A stretch of DNA of 64,000 bases from the NCBI GenBank assembly GCA_016191105.1, contig JACPPH010000003.1:15492-79491 (forward strand), in the 5' to 3' direction. Shown here piece by piece: positions 9,070 through 18,852 of this stretch. The notes beneath the pieces are model-generated. The model saw nothing but the letters and a program-made list of their open reading frames with translations, had not been told where the DNA came from and made no database searches. Origin of the DNA: Candidatus Saccharimonadota bacterium (GTDB taxonomy: Bacteria; Patescibacteriota; Saccharimonadia; CAILAD01; BJGX01). The position numbers were made by a program, and so were the translations under genes. Within the stretch, counting starts at the first letter, position 1. The number at the start of each line of letters is the position of its first letter.

Positions 9070-11968
9070 CTTGACTCAGGCGAATCTGAATTTCGCCAGA
9101 GTCTATTGTAGCAGTTTTTGAGAATTCTAGATCAATTGCCGGATCGGTCGTAAGCTCGTTGGCAAGGGTCTCAGCCGAAATCAACTGAGCACATTGTTTA
9201 ATTGCCGCTAGCAATGGCTCCGATTGAGTAGCTAAGTTGAGCTTTATTCGGTTATCGACATCCAGTCCAGCCTCTTTACGAGCTTGTTGAATGTTACGAA
9301 TTATGTCGCGCGCAAGACCTTCGTTTTTGAGTTCTCGAGTAATATTTGTATCCAATTCAACTTTAAGCTCAGTGGCCTTCTTAACTATCACGTCTTTAAC
9401 ATTAAGCTCCTCACCAATTAGCGCTTGCAGTTGAGCGGAAATATCTTGTGGGCTATTGATTGTGGCATTTGAGAGGGGCTGGCGAACTTTTATGCCGGCT
9501 TCGGCCCGCACGCTCAAGCCATCATTCACGGTCTGCCGAACTAGCTTCATTTCTTCCAGCATTTTATTGTCCACAGTTCCAGACTCTGGCCAGTCACATA
9601 AATGAACCGACTCTGGAGCGTCACTCAAATCACTCACCAGATGTCTGTAAAAGTAATCGCTAGCAAAAGGTGTCCATGGAGCCAGCAGCTGGCAAATCTT
9701 AACCAGCGACCAATAAAGCGTCTGGTAGGCCTGGTTTTTATCGGCATCGTTTTGGCTTTTCCAAAAACGTCTGCGGCTGCGGCGCACATACCAATTCGAC
9801 ATATCTTCTACTAGCCCATATACTGGCCAGCTGGCTTTGGCTAGTTCAAAGTTATCGGCAGCTTTGGTGCTCAATTCTACAGTTTGTTGAACTCTTGCCA
9901 CCAGCCATTTATCTAATGGGTTATCTAATTTGCTTGGCCTATCTAAATTCGATGGCTTCCAACCGTCAATTTCGGCATACATACTGAAGAATGAAGCGCT
10001 GTTAGCTAGTGTCATAACCAAGTTCCTGTGGATATCCTTCAAAGCTGAGCGGTCAAAGCGCATGTAGTCGCCGGTTACTGCCGGAGTACTCGAAAGTAAA
10101 TAAAATCTTAAACTGTCCGCACCTTCAGTTGAGAACACCTCGTCGAGTGGGGGGTAGTTTTTGAGCCGTTTAGAAAGCTTTTGGCCATCAGCCGCCATTA
10201 CCATGCCGTTCACCAGCACGTTTTTGTAGGCAGGCTTGTTGAACAAGATCGTCGCTATCACATGCAACACATAGAACCAAAGCCTGGTTTGATCTAAGCC
10301 CTCGCCGATATAATCTGCTGGGAACGACTCTTTAAACTCGTCTTTGTTTTCAAATGGATAGTGAACCTGAGCATACGGCATGCTGCCCGACTCAAACCAA
10401 CAGTCAATCACCTCTTCAACCCGGTGATAGGTTTTGCCGTCTTTTTGTATCACCACATCATCAATATGTGGACGGTGCAGATCCGTAAATTCAGGATTTC
10501 CTAGGGCTAACTTTTTAAGCTCATCGATGCTAGAAATCACCAAAAAATCTTCTTTGTCGTCATCGTTTACCCATACAGGCATAGGAGCGCCCCAGTAGCG
10601 GTTGCGCGATATCGCCCAATCACGAGCGCCTTCCAGCCATTTGCCAAAGCGACCTTCTTTAATGTGGCCAGGCACCCATTCTATCGACTCAGAAGATTTT
10701 AGCAGCTCTTCTTTGAGCTTTGACACAGCAATAAACCAAGTGTCAATTGCATAATAAAGTAGTGGGGTTTCGCAACGATAGCAAAACGGATAAGTGTGAG
10801 CTTGCTCCTCGGCCGCATACACCATTCCTTTTTTTGTTAAATGCTCAATAATAACGGGGTCGGCCTTTTTAAAGAACAGGCCCCCAATCTCCTTGTCACC
10901 CACAGACTCGCTCACCAGGCCTGCCGAATCAACAGTAGTTAGTACGGGTAGACCGTGCTCCAAACCCAAGTTAAGATCATCTTCACCAAAAGCTGGCGCT
11001 ACATGCAAAACGCCTGTACCGTCTTCAACGCTTACAAACTCCGCCGCCCAGACTTTGTACAGGTTATCGTTCTTGGGAAGCTCCTCAAGGTTAAATACCG
11101 GCTCGTAGCCCTTGCCGACCAGGTCTTTACCCATGTAACGATCTAAGACCTCGTAAGTTTCGCTATTAAGTGCTTCCAAGCGCTTCTCGGCTAGGATTAA
11201 CTCTTCATTATTGCCTTCGTCGTCGTAGAGCTTAACCTTTACATATTTGGCATTCGGCTCGACCGCCAGTGCAACGTTACCAGGTAAACTCCAGGGTGTG
11301 GTGGTCCAAGCCAAAAAGTAAGCGCTATCGTCGACAAGCTTAAACTTAACAAATAAACTAGGGTCGGTTACACCGTCTTTATAGCCCTCATTGACCTCAA
11401 AGTTGCTCAAAGGTGTAGCGCAACGCGGGCAGTAAGGCATACTTTTGTAACCCTTATAAATGAGGTCTTTTTTGTAAATTTCTGAAAACACCCACCAAAC
11501 CGACTCTGTATAACTATTGTCGATCGTAGCGTAAGCGTTCTCCTTATCGGTCCAGCGACCAATCCGATCAAAAAAGTCTTCCCAATCTTTTTTATAGGTA
11601 AAAACTGAGTCGCGACAGGCCTGATTGAACTTCTCCAAGCCCAGCTCCATGATCTGTTTTTTACCTGATACGCCAAATTTCTTTTCAATCTCAAACTCGA
11701 CCGGCAAACCATGGCAATCCCAACCGTTGCGACGCTCCACGTATCGGCCGCGCATGGTTTGGTAGCGGCCGATAGAGTCTTTTATACTTGTCACCAAGCT
11801 ATGCCCAAAGTGCGGCAGGCCGTTGGCAAACGGCGGCCCATCATAAAAACTAAACCGCTTGCCCGATTCAGTTTTCTTTAGAGTTTTGGCAAAGATATCT
11901 TCCTGCTGCCAAAATTCTAACATTTTTTCTTCAACCTCTCTGGTATTGTATGGGGATAGTTTTTTCAT
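9053..11968 (-). CDS. ileS: Isoleucine--tRNA ligase
   Basis: 971 aa with HIGH-type motif PPFANGLPHFGHSL, GWDCHGLP (Ile-specific rather than Val), a KMSKS-like QKLSKRLKN, a CP1 editing domain and Zn-binding Cys pairs. Confidence 0.95.
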   Translation of the reverse strand: MKKLSPYNTREVEEKMLEFWQQEDIFAKTLKKTESGKRFSFYDGPPFANGLPHFGHSLVTSIKDSIGRYQTMRGRYVERRNGWDCHGLPVEFEIEKKFGVSGKKQIMELGLEKFNQACRDSVFTYKKDWEDFFDRIGRWTDKENAYATIDNSYTESVWWVFSEIYKKDLIYKGYKSMPYCPRCATPLSNFEVNEGYKDGVTDPSLFVKFKLVDDSAYFLAWTTTPWSLPGNVALAVEPNAKYVKVKLYDDEGNNEELILAEKRLEALNSETYEVLDRYMGKDLVGKGYEPVFNLEELPKNDNLYKVWAAEFVSVEDGTGVLHVAPAFGEDDLNLGLEHGLPVLTTVDSAGLVSESVGDKEIGGLFFKKADPVIIEHLTKKGMVYAAEEQAHTYPFCYRCETPLLYYAIDTWFIAVSKLKEELLKSSESIEWVPGHIKEGRFGKWLEGARDWAISRNRYWGAPMPVWVNDDDKEDFLVISSIDELKKLALGNPEFTDLHRPHIDDVVIQKDGKTYHRVEEVIDCWFESGSMPYAQVHYPFENKDEFKESFPADYIGEGLDQTRLWFYVLHVIATILFNKPAYKNVLVNGMVMAADGQKLSKRLKNYPPLDEVFSTEGADSLRFYLLSSTPAVTGDYMRFDRSALKDIHRNLVMTLANSASFFSMYAEIDGWKPSNLDRPSKLDNPLDKWLVARVQQTVELSTKAADNFELAKASWPVYGLVEDMSNWYVRRSRRRFWKSQNDADKNQAYQTLYWSLVKICQLLAPWTPFASDYFYRHLVSDLSDAPESVHLCDWPESGTVDNKMLEEMKLVRQTVNDGLSVRAEAGIKVRQPLSNATINSPQDISAQLQALIGEELNVKDVIVKKATELKVELDTNITRELKNEGLARDIIRNIQQARKEAGLDVDNRIKLNLATQSEPLLAAIKQCAQLISAETLANELTTDPAIDLEFSKTATIDSGEIQIRLSQDEKIQ

Positions 11969-12190
11969 AAAATCTCTTCCTAAAAAACAAAAAGCACCGC
12001 TTTTGCGGTGTCAGAGTTCGCCTAGTTGCGAACGGTACCATCTGACTTCCCTAAATTATTTAGGGCACTTAATTTGATACTTACGTGATCATACGGCGAG
12101 TTCTACTCTCTTGCTTAGATTTCTGCTCGCTGCTTCGCGGGGGATAGCCGCTCATTCGCCACTTAAGAGCGAAGCGCATTTATTAACTAA
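11969..12190 (-). ncRNA. Putative T-box riboswitch leader (Ile) controlling ileS
   Basis: ~215-nt leader between the TTGTCA-17-TATAAT promoter and ileS. It contains ...UUUAGGG..GAUGGUACCGUUCG..., resembling the T-box core AGGGUGGNACCGCG with a UGGU acceptor-pairing bulge. A candidate specifier, AUC followed by A, lies in GUAUGAUCACG. It ends in the terminator. Confidence 0.4.
11982..12012 (-). terminator. Intrinsic terminator/attenuator in the ileS 5' leader
   Basis: Minus-strand caccgcaaaagcggtg followed by ctttttgtttttt, about 20 nt upstream of the ileS SD (aggaag). Confidence 0.6.
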
Positions 12191-12191
12191 T

Positions 12192-12220
12192 ATTATAAGA
12201 TTGATTCAAGCTTTTGACAA
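12192..12220 (-). promoter_or_regulatory. Sigma70-type promoter for the ileS leader
   Basis: Minus-strand TTGTCA (12220-12215), a 17-nt spacer and TATAAT (12197-12192). Both hexamers match consensus. Confidence 0.5.
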
Positions 12221-12222
12221 GC

Positions 12223-12483
12223 TTAAATTATGCCCATCTGATAGCTAACATCGTCTGCTCGGGGAATATTATGCCGCCAGCTAGCCACTGGCGCACCATC
12301 GTCGCGGGTTAGCACTACCGCTGGTGCGCTAAATATATCGTATAACTGGGCTTTGCTCGAACCATCACGGCTGTTCACATCGACCTGATTCAGTGCCATG
12401 TGGCGGCGGCTAAGCTCACGCAGCAGCGATTGCAGCTCAGTATTGAAGCTTGAGTGTTTGTCGGTAAATATAAGCGCTTTCAT
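12223..12483 (-). CDS. Glutaredoxin/NrdH-like thioredoxin-fold protein lacking the CxxC motif
   Basis: 86 aa, MKALIFTDKHSSF..., with beta-alpha-beta topology and ...VDV...AQLYDIFSAPAVVLTRDDG resembling Grx/NrdH. The redox cysteines are replaced (HSSF). Lies immediately downstream of nrdR. Confidence 0.35.
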   Translation of the reverse strand: MKALIFTDKHSSFNTELQSLLRELSRRHMALNQVDVNSRDGSSKAQLYDIFSAPAVVLTRDDGAPVASWRHNIPRADDVSYQMGII

Positions 12484-12505
12484 AGCTTAATTGTATCAGA
12501 CCGAG

Positions 12506-12976
12506 TTATTTTTTTGTATCTCCAGGCTTACGCTTCTTGAGCTGGTTAAGCTCCCGCTCAAACGAGGCAATCCCCGTAAAGCTGCGATACACACTAGCAA
12601 AACGCACGTAGGCTACTTCGTCGGTCACCAGTAGTTCTTTCATAACCAAGCCACCAATTACCGTGCTCTTAAGCTCGCGCTCACCTTTGCCATAGAGCGC
12701 CTGCTCAATGCGCGAGATTATGGCCTCAATCTTTTCTACCGGAATCGGGCGCTTTTCGCAGGCCTTATAAAGCCCTTTGGCTAGCTTGTCGCGATCATAC
12801 GATTCCCGATCGCCATTTTTCTTAATAATCATTAAGTGGGGCGTTTCAATTCGCTCGTAGGTGGTAAATCGGCGCCCGCACTTGTTGCACTCCCGCCTAC
12901 GCCGAATGCCCGAGGGGTCATGCTCACGCGACTCTAGTACCTTGCTATCGCTGCTGCCACAATTTGGACAACGCAT
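12506..12976 (-). CDS. nrdR: Transcriptional repressor NrdR
   Basis: MRCPNCGSSDSKVLESR...ECNKCGRRFTTYER zinc ribbon plus an ATP-cone domain. 156 aa. Confidence 0.9.
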   Translation of the reverse strand: MRCPNCGSSDSKVLESREHDPSGIRRRRECNKCGRRFTTYERIETPHLMIIKKNGDRESYDRDKLAKGLYKACEKRPIPVEKIEAIISRIEQALYGKGERELKSTVIGGLVMKELLVTDEVAYVRFASVYRSFTGIASFERELNQLKKRKPGDTKK

Positions 12977-12982
12977 GTATGC

Positions 12983-14395
12983 CTACATCTTTCGCTTCAC
13001 AAAGCTTGGAATGTCATCGTCATCATCAAACGAAGGCTCTTCAACCTTCACGTTCTGGCGCAAGAAGGCTGGTTTATCTAGGTCGTCCTCTTCTTTGTCA
13101 TCGAAGCGCGAGCCTACTGTCTCGACAATTGGTTTTTCGCGCACTGGTTCACGTTTGCTTTCTTCATCGAGCAGATCCTTTTCCATATCAAAGCCGATTA
13201 GCTCTTCTTCTTGAGGCGATTTGGCCTTAGAATTAGCTAGATCTTCATCTGGTACCTCTGGGGCCGGCACATCGGGCTCAGCCTTTACCATTGGCTCGTG
13301 TTCACGAGTATCAAAGATTGGCTGCTCTTTTTCTTCTTCTATAAACGGCGTAGATGGTGTCTCCTCAACAATATCAACTTCTTCGATCACGGTTTCTTCT
13401 TGCAAGCCGCTAAAATCGGTGTAGCTTTGTTTTTTACGGCGCTCGCCATCAAAACCAGTGGCCACCAGGGTTACACGGATTTCGCCAGCCATGTTTTCAT
13501 CGATTACTGTACCGAAGATAATGTTGGCCTCTTGGTCGACCGAGTCGTGTACCAGCTTGGCGGCTTCTTCTATCTCGTGCATACCCATGTCGCGCCCGCC
13601 GGTAAAGTTAATTAGCACACCCTTGGCACCTTGAATTGAAACTTCGAGCAGTGGCGACTCCATAGCCTGCTTAACAGCATCAACCGCGCGAGTATCGCCC
13701 GAACCCTGGCCAATACCCATTAGGGCTGAGCCGGCATCGTGCATAATCGATTTAACATCGGCAAAGTCCAGATTCACCAAGCCATTAACAGTTATCAGAT
13801 CAGCTATGCCTTGTACACCCTGACGCAACACGTCATCGACCGTGCCAAAAGCGTCGAGTAAGCTGGTTTTGCGATCAATTATCTGCAAAATCCGATCGTT
13901 TGGGATAACTATTAGGGTGTCTACCTTGTCACGCAGCTCCTCAACGCCAGCATCGGCAATCTTGCGTCGGCGATCACCCTCGAAGGTGAAGGGCTTGGTT
14001 ACAATCGCTACAGTAAGCGCACCGACCTCTTTGGCAATGCGGGCAATTACCGGAGCGGCACCGCTACCTGTGCCGCCACCTTCGCAGATGGTCAAAAACA
14101 CCATCTCGGAGTGCTTGAGCGCGCTATAGATTTCTTCTTCGCTTTCTTCGGCGGCCTGCTTGCCTATGTCTGGGTTGGCACCGGCCCCAAGGCCTTTGGT
14201 GGCCTCTTTGCCAATATGAACCTTTTTGTTGGCCTGTGAATAGTGCAAGGCCTGGGCATCGGTGTTGATGGCAATAAAATCAATGCCGTGTAATTTGGAT
14301 TGAACCATTCTATTAAGCGCGTTGTTGCCGCCCCCGCCAATGCCGACTACTTTGATGCGTGCGAATGTTTCAATTTCTGGTAAAATTTCGGCCAT
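12983..14395 (-). CDS. ftsZ: Cell division protein FtsZ
   Basis: [17 protein letters not shown] and [11 protein letters not shown] tubulin-signature motifs, then a long acidic/Lys-rich C-terminal tail. Start chosen at [11 protein letters not shown] (14395). The longest ORF extends to 14470. Confidence 0.9.
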   Translation of the reverse strand: MAEILPEIETFARIKVVGIGGGGNNALNRMVQSKLHGIDFIAINTDAQALHYSQANKKVHIGKEATKGLGAGANPDIGKQAAEESEEEIYSALKHSEMVFLTICEGGGTGSGAAPVIARIAKEVGALTVAIVTKPFTFEGDRRRKIADAGVEELRDKVDTLIVIPNDRILQIIDRKTSLLDAFGTVDDVLRQGVQGIADLITVNGLVNLDFADVKSIMHDAGSALMGIGQGSGDTRAVDAVKQAMESPLLEVSIQGAKGVLINFTGGRDMGMHEIEEAAKLVHDSVDQEANIIFGTVIDENMAGEIRVTLVATGFDGERRKKQSYTDFSGLQEETVIEEVDIVEETPSTPFIEEEKEQPIFDTREHEPMVKAEPDVPAPEVPDEDLANSKAKSPQEEELIGFDMEKDLLDEESKREPVREKPIVETVGSRFDDKEEDDLDKPAFLRQNVKVEEPSFDDDDDIPSFVKRKM

Positions 14396-14758
14396 AGTTT
14401 TATGTTTCACCCCCTCTTTGATAATTCCTGTGGTAGAGCAATCTCTACCAGGTGTGTTTTGCCTTGCCACAACTCCTGGTAAACACTGGCCAAGAGTTAA
14501 GATTAGTATACAGTCGCTGGATTGTTAATACAAGAATTTTGCTCGACTTTTTTGAAAAAGCTTAAGAAGTAATTAATGTGTTCGTGCCAAAATGGCAGTG
14601 TTCTATTTTTGTGTTCATATTTTTGACTAAGTTTGGTAAAAGTTATATGCTAGGGCCAATCCTGGGCAGGATAGCACATGAACAGTCAGTGCCAGTGAGC
14701 AACGACGCTCGAGGCCAATGACAACCAAAAGTATCCGAAAATCCGACGCCAGTGGCCC

Positions 14759-15253
14759 TTGCGGGTCGAGGCATATGGAGGAAACATGAATGAAGTACAG
14801 TTAGAGAACTTGTCTCTGCCGCTCCGAAGGGGGCGTGTCCTGGTTAGATTCCAGAAGTGGGCGGGGGTGGTCAGCATCAGGCTTTACACCGAGTGTGTGA
14901 TTGGTGGGAAAACACTCGTGGCTGAGGTTCAGTCGCTCGGTGTCAGAGTCGACAGAGGTGGGGTGCAGCTTTTGAGCAAAGAGTACGACCTTGACAGAGC
15001 AACGCATGAGTGGAGGCCAGAATGGCAGACTTCTGCCGAAATTGTCTGCCTCGTGAACGGCATTGAGCAGCAGTTGTGGCACCCAACTGTACTCATCCAT
15101 ATAGCCACCCTGAGCGGGAGGCTTATGGAGCGTCGTGACTATGTAGATCGCGAATCAGACATCTACATGATTCTGAAGACATTCGGAACCAGAATCGAGG
15201 CTCTCCTAGCAAGAGGGTCTAAGAAGTGGGAACCCATCTTCGCCGACAATTAA
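14759..15253 (+). CDS. Hypothetical protein on a GC-enriched island inserted between ftsA and ftsZ
   Basis: GGAGG then ATG at 14786 (MNEVQLENL...) is the likely start. About 54% GC with GC3 bias, no known domain. Opposite strand to the flanking division genes. Confidence 0.5.
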   Translation: MRVEAYGGNMNEVQLENLSLPLRRGRVLVRFQKWAGVVSIRLYTECVIGGKTLVAEVQSLGVRVDRGGVQLLSKEYDLDRATHEWRPEWQTSAEIVCLVNGIEQQLWHPTVLIHIATLSGRLMERRDYVDRESDIYMILKTFGTRIEALLARGSKKWEPIFADN

Positions 15254-15301
15254 GCTCTTCTGCCCAGGAGAGCACCAGAAATTATCTAAAAAAGAACCTT
15301 A

Positions 15302-15331
15302 ATTCGCTGTCCAGCGAAGGGTCTTTTTTGT
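15302..15331 (+). terminator. Rho-independent terminator
   Basis: ttcgctg-tcc-agcgaa stem followed by gggtcttttttgtt. Confidence 0.5.
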
Positions 15332-15332
15332 T

Positions 15333-15408
15333 GTCATTCCCGCGCAGGCGGGAATCCAGAGAGCATGGATCCCCGATGTCGAATGCTACGCGTCGACTCG
15401 AGGATGAC
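15333..15408. repeat. Structured palindromic repeat element, copy A (76 bp)
   Basis: gtcattcccgcgcaggcgggaatc...gatgtcgaatgctacgcgtcgactcgaggatgac. About 88% identical to the copy at 21041-21112. Imperfect terminal inverted repeats (gtcattcc / ggatgac) and internal hairpins (ttcccgc-gcag-gcgggaa). Confidence 0.6.
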
Positions 15409-15417
15409 GAGGGTCGA

Positions 15418-16653
15418 TTACGGAGCCAAACTTTTGAATATCGACTTGAGTTTGCTGGTTACACCGCCCATAAAACCGCCGAGCTGGATCTTGTGGTGAG
15501 CTGTCGGTTGATCGGTATCAATTAGCATCAAGCCAACTGCGGCTGAGTACATGGGGTCGTTAATCTTGTCGTAAATACCACTAAATCCAGATAGTTTGCC
15601 AACTGTAGCCGGTAGCTTAAGTACCCGCTTAGCATAATCTGTTAAACCTGTCATATGGGCACCGCCCCCAGTTATAACCACTCCGGCGGTCAGCAGAGAG
15701 CCCTTGCTGGCCTTTTTGATCTCGCCAGCAATCATGCCAAATATCTCGTCAAGTCGGCTAAGCACAATCTTGTCGATTTCACTTCTGCGCACTACGCCTT
15801 TGCCACCAAATTCTTCTAAGTTGATCTTGGTATTGGCACCAGACTTGCCTTTTTCGGCTCTGGCAGCTGCTATCTTCACCTTTTCGGCAATATCTATGTT
15901 GGTGCGCAGGCCATACACGAGGTCCTTGGTAATATGGTTGCTGCCGACCGGCAAGATGGTGGTAAACACCACATGGCCCTCTTCGTACATCACTACACCA
16001 GTGGTTTCGGCCCCAAAATTGATTACAATTACGCCCAGCTCTTTCTGGCGTTTGGTGAGCACCGCGCGGGCTGCCGCCATAGGTGCAATTACTTGATCGT
16101 CTATGGTAATGCCCGAGCGAAACACCGCATTGGCCACATTTTTAATAGCCGGCGTGGTACCAGTAATTATATGGGTGTCAACCTCCAATCGCACCCCATT
16201 CATGCCCACCGGGTCAGCAATACCAGCTTGGCCATCGACCGTGTAACTACGGGGCATGACTTGCAAGATCTGGCGATTGGCATCTAAGTTAATGGCTGTA
16301 GCGGCCTCTTCGGCTCGGCCCAGATCCTCGCGGGTAATCTGGTGATCGGCTCTGGCTACAGCAATCACCCCACGCGAGTTTAGGCTTTGAATGTGCGCAC
16401 CGTCGATACTCACAGTCGCCCGCTCAATAGCTATGCCGCTCATACGCTCAGCCTCTTCGAGAGCCGCTGTAATCGAGCTGACAGTCTCCTCGATATCTAT
16501 AACCACCCCGCGACGCAGGCCAACCGTGGGGCTTACACCCAAGCCAATTATGCTCGGCGTCGACGAGTCTTCTTGCTGTAGGCCAACCACACACACAACT
16601 TTACTAGTGCCAATATCAAGCCCGACGTATGGAATTTCTTTGGGTTTTGCCAT
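15418..16653 (-). CDS. ftsA: Cell division protein FtsA
   Basis: 411 aa actin-fold protein. MAKPKEIPYVGLDIGTSKV gives the phosphate-1 motif. Typical FtsA length and C-terminal amphipathic tail. Confidence 0.9.
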   Translation of the reverse strand: MAKPKEIPYVGLDIGTSKVVCVVGLQQEDSSTPSIIGLGVSPTVGLRRGVVIDIEETVSSITAALEEAERMSGIAIERATVSIDGAHIQSLNSRGVIAVARADHQITREDLGRAEEAATAINLDANRQILQVMPRSYTVDGQAGIADPVGMNGVRLEVDTHIITGTTPAIKNVANAVFRSGITIDDQVIAPMAAARAVLTKRQKELGVIVINFGAETTGVVMYEEGHVVFTTILPVGSNHITKDLVYGLRTNIDIAEKVKIAAARAEKGKSGANTKINLEEFGGKGVVRRSEIDKIVLSRLDEIFGMIAGEIKKASKGSLLTAGVVITGGGAHMTGLTDYAKRVLKLPATVGKLSGFSGIYDKINDPMYSAAVGLMLIDTDQPTAHHKIQLGGFMGGVTSKLKSIFKSLAP

Positions 16654-16698
16654 ATTTAGCTATTATACACAAAAAATCAGGCCAAGCTAAATCTGTCG

Positions 16699-17466
16699 CT
16701 ACCAAGCAGTCAAGACTTCGGCACCACCTTTGGTAATAAGTATGGTGTGCTCAAACTGAGCGCTCAAACTGCCATCTTGGGTTACAAATGTCCAGCCATC
16801 GTCGGCCACATAGCCGTCGTGAGTGCCCAGGCTAGCTATGGGCTCTATGGCCACAGTCATACCCTCTTGCAAGTGCACACCGGTGCCGGCAGTGCCATAG
16901 TTAGGTATTACTGGATCCTCGTGCACTTCGTGCCCCACGCCGTGGCCGCACATGGCATAAATAGCGGCGATGTTACCGGCCTCAAAGACCTTTTCTACAG
17001 TTGAGCCAATGTCACCCACCTGAACCCCTGGCTTAATAACGTCTATAGCGGCGTCGAGAGCCCGCTGAGTGTACTTAAGTAATCGCTTGGCATTATCTGG
17101 TACTTTGCCAACTGCTATGGTTACAGCACTATCAGTTATCATGCCGCTGTAGTTTACGCCGAAGTCCAAACCCACCAGGTCGCCACTTTGTATAACTTTA
17201 TCGGCCGTTGGAATACCGTGCACAATCTCATCGTTAATTGAAATACAGATGGTGGCCGGGAAAGGTGCCGAATCGGGCGCATAGTTTAAAAAGGCAGCTG
17301 TAGCGCCATGTTTTTTGAGCTCTTTGCGACACAGTTGGTCTATTTCAAGAGCAGATACACCAGGTTTTGTGGCTGCGGCTGCTTTCTTTAAAATAGTTGC
17401 CAAGATCTCGCCACTTTGGCGAATATTGGCAATCTCGACCTCGGTCTTAATTTGATTCCGCATCAT
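16699..17466 (-). CDS. map: Methionine aminopeptidase, type I
   Basis: 255 aa pita-bread fold with the conserved metal ligands (D...D...H...E...E pattern) and ISINDEIVHGIP. Confidence 0.9.
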   Translation of the reverse strand: MMRNQIKTEVEIANIRQSGEILATILKKAAAATKPGVSALEIDQLCRKELKKHGATAAFLNYAPDSAPFPATICISINDEIVHGIPTADKVIQSGDLVGLDFGVNYSGMITDSAVTIAVGKVPDNAKRLLKYTQRALDAAIDVIKPGVQVGDIGSTVEKVFEAGNIAAIYAMCGHGVGHEVHEDPVIPNYGTAGTGVHLQEGMTVAIEPIASLGTHDGYVADDGWTFVTQDGSLSAQFEHTILITKGGAEVLTAW

Positions 17467-18017
17467 CGGTTTATTTCTCGCTCAATGACTTTGTATACGT
17501 CCTCAACCGACTGCTGTCCATCGACCTCCACAACAAATTCTTTTTGTCGAAAGTATTCGACAACTGGCAAAGTCTGGGTTTCGTAAACGCTAAAGCGCCG
17601 ATCAACTAAATGACTCAAATCGTCGTCGCGACCGCGCTTAGCCAAGCGTCTTTGGGCTTCATCGCGGTCAATCTTAAGCCAAAAAACGTGCGAGATAGTT
17701 TGATTATTTGCAATCAAAACTTCACTCAGCCACTTGGCTTGTGATACGTTGCGTGGAAAGCCATCAGCAATTATTCTATCTGTAGAATTGTATTGCTGTA
17801 ATTGCAACATCACAGCTTCGTTCACAATAGCGTCATCAACCAGCATGCCACTATCTAGTTGTTGTTCAACTTTTGTATTCGTTTTGGCATAGGTGCGCAA
17901 AAGTTCGCCAATTGGCATTAGTTCGAAGCCATGGCGCGACACCAATAATTGAGCCTGGGTGTCTTTGCCGCTGCCCGGCCCGCCTAGGAATATGTCAAAA
18001 CTTTTAAACGAAGGCAT
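17463..18017 (-). CDS. adk: Adenylate kinase (short form)
   Basis: P-loop IFLGGPGSGKDTQA, an NMP-binding region and a short LID. 184 aa. 4-nt overlap with map. Confidence 0.85.
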   Translation of the reverse strand: MPSFKSFDIFLGGPGSGKDTQAQLLVSRHGFELMPIGELLRTYAKTNTKVEQQLDSGMLVDDAIVNEAVMLQLQQYNSTDRIIADGFPRNVSQAKWLSEVLIANNQTISHVFWLKIDRDEAQRRLAKRGRDDDLSHLVDRRFSVYETQTLPVVEYFRQKEFVVEVDGQQSVEDVYKVIEREINR

Positions 18018-18023
18018 AACTTA

Positions 18024-18383
18024 TTATTTAAAAATCAATTGCCAAACACGTGGGCCAAAAACTAAAATGCCCACCAATACTGCACCAACAGCAGTTACCA
18101 ATACACCCGCCGCGGTCATGTCTTTTACGAGTTTAACCATTTGGTTTGATTCGGTATTGGTAATGTCTAATGTCTTTTCGATTGCGCTATTAACAATCTC
18201 AGCAAAAAATACCAGCACAATTGCCAAAACCACCAAGCTAGCCTGATAAAGACTTATTTGTAGTACGATCCCGGCTGCTATGGCTAAAATCGCAAAAACA
18301 AGGTGTATACGGGCGTTGCGTTCACTGCTTAAAACAACCTTAACGCCTCTTAATGCGTATTTAAAACTATCTAAGCTAACCAT
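18024..18383 (-). CDS. dgkA: Diacylglycerol kinase / undecaprenol kinase family protein
   Basis: 119 aa with 3 TM helices and a DgkA-type motif AEIVNSAIE...D. Confidence 0.75.
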   Translation of the reverse strand: MVSLDSFKYALRGVKVVLSSERNARIHLVFAILAIAAGIVLQISLYQASLVVLAIVLVFFAEIVNSAIEKTLDITNTESNQMVKLVKDMTAAGVLVTAVGAVLVGILVFGPRVWQLIFK

Positions 18384-18847
18384 TTAAATTCTCGTGTATT
18401 CCGCTTTAGTCTCTTCATGATAGCACCTTGGGCGGCCTCAAAGCTAGACCGATCTGTGGCATTAGCGTGATCGAGACCAAAAACATGTAAAAGCCCGTGC
18501 ACCAACAACAAAACCAGCTCATCGGCATAAGAATTCTTGTATTCTTTGGCTTGACTAGCGGCGATCTCACTACAAATGGCAATCTCGGCCAGTGTTGTAT
18601 CTGGCTCGTGCACTAGACCTTGATCTTCAAAATAGTTAAAGCTTAGTACGTCGGTTGGATAGTCATTACCAGCAAACTGTTCATTGAGCACCTGGATGGC
18701 TTTGGGCGACACAAAAATGCAGTTAATTACACCTTGGACCTCGACTTTCAGCACCAAAACCACGGCTTTAAGAGCTTTTTGTAGATCTGTCTCGCTCACC
18801 ACTTTGGGCAAGTCGCCTAAAATCTCCAATTTTACAGATTTAGCCAA
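18371..18847 (-). CDS. ybeY: rRNA maturation endoribonuclease YbeY
   Basis: HGLLHVFGLDH gives the H-x3-H-x5-H zinc motif. 158 aa. Confidence 0.85.
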   Translation of the reverse strand: MAKSVKLEILGDLPKVVSETDLQKALKAVVLVLKVEVQGVINCIFVSPKAIQVLNEQFAGNDYPTDVLSFNYFEDQGLVHEPDTTLAEIAICSEIAASQAKEYKNSYADELVLLLVHGLLHVFGLDHANATDRSSFEAAQGAIMKRLKRNTREFKWLA

Positions 18848-18852
18848 GATTG

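Noticed and set aside
14471-14650. Candidate ftsZ promoter in the AT-rich stretch upstream of ftsZ
   Set aside because: Several partial -35/-10 matches but none with consensus spacing that I could single out. The requirement for an independent ftsZ promoter is inferred from the island insertion, not observed.
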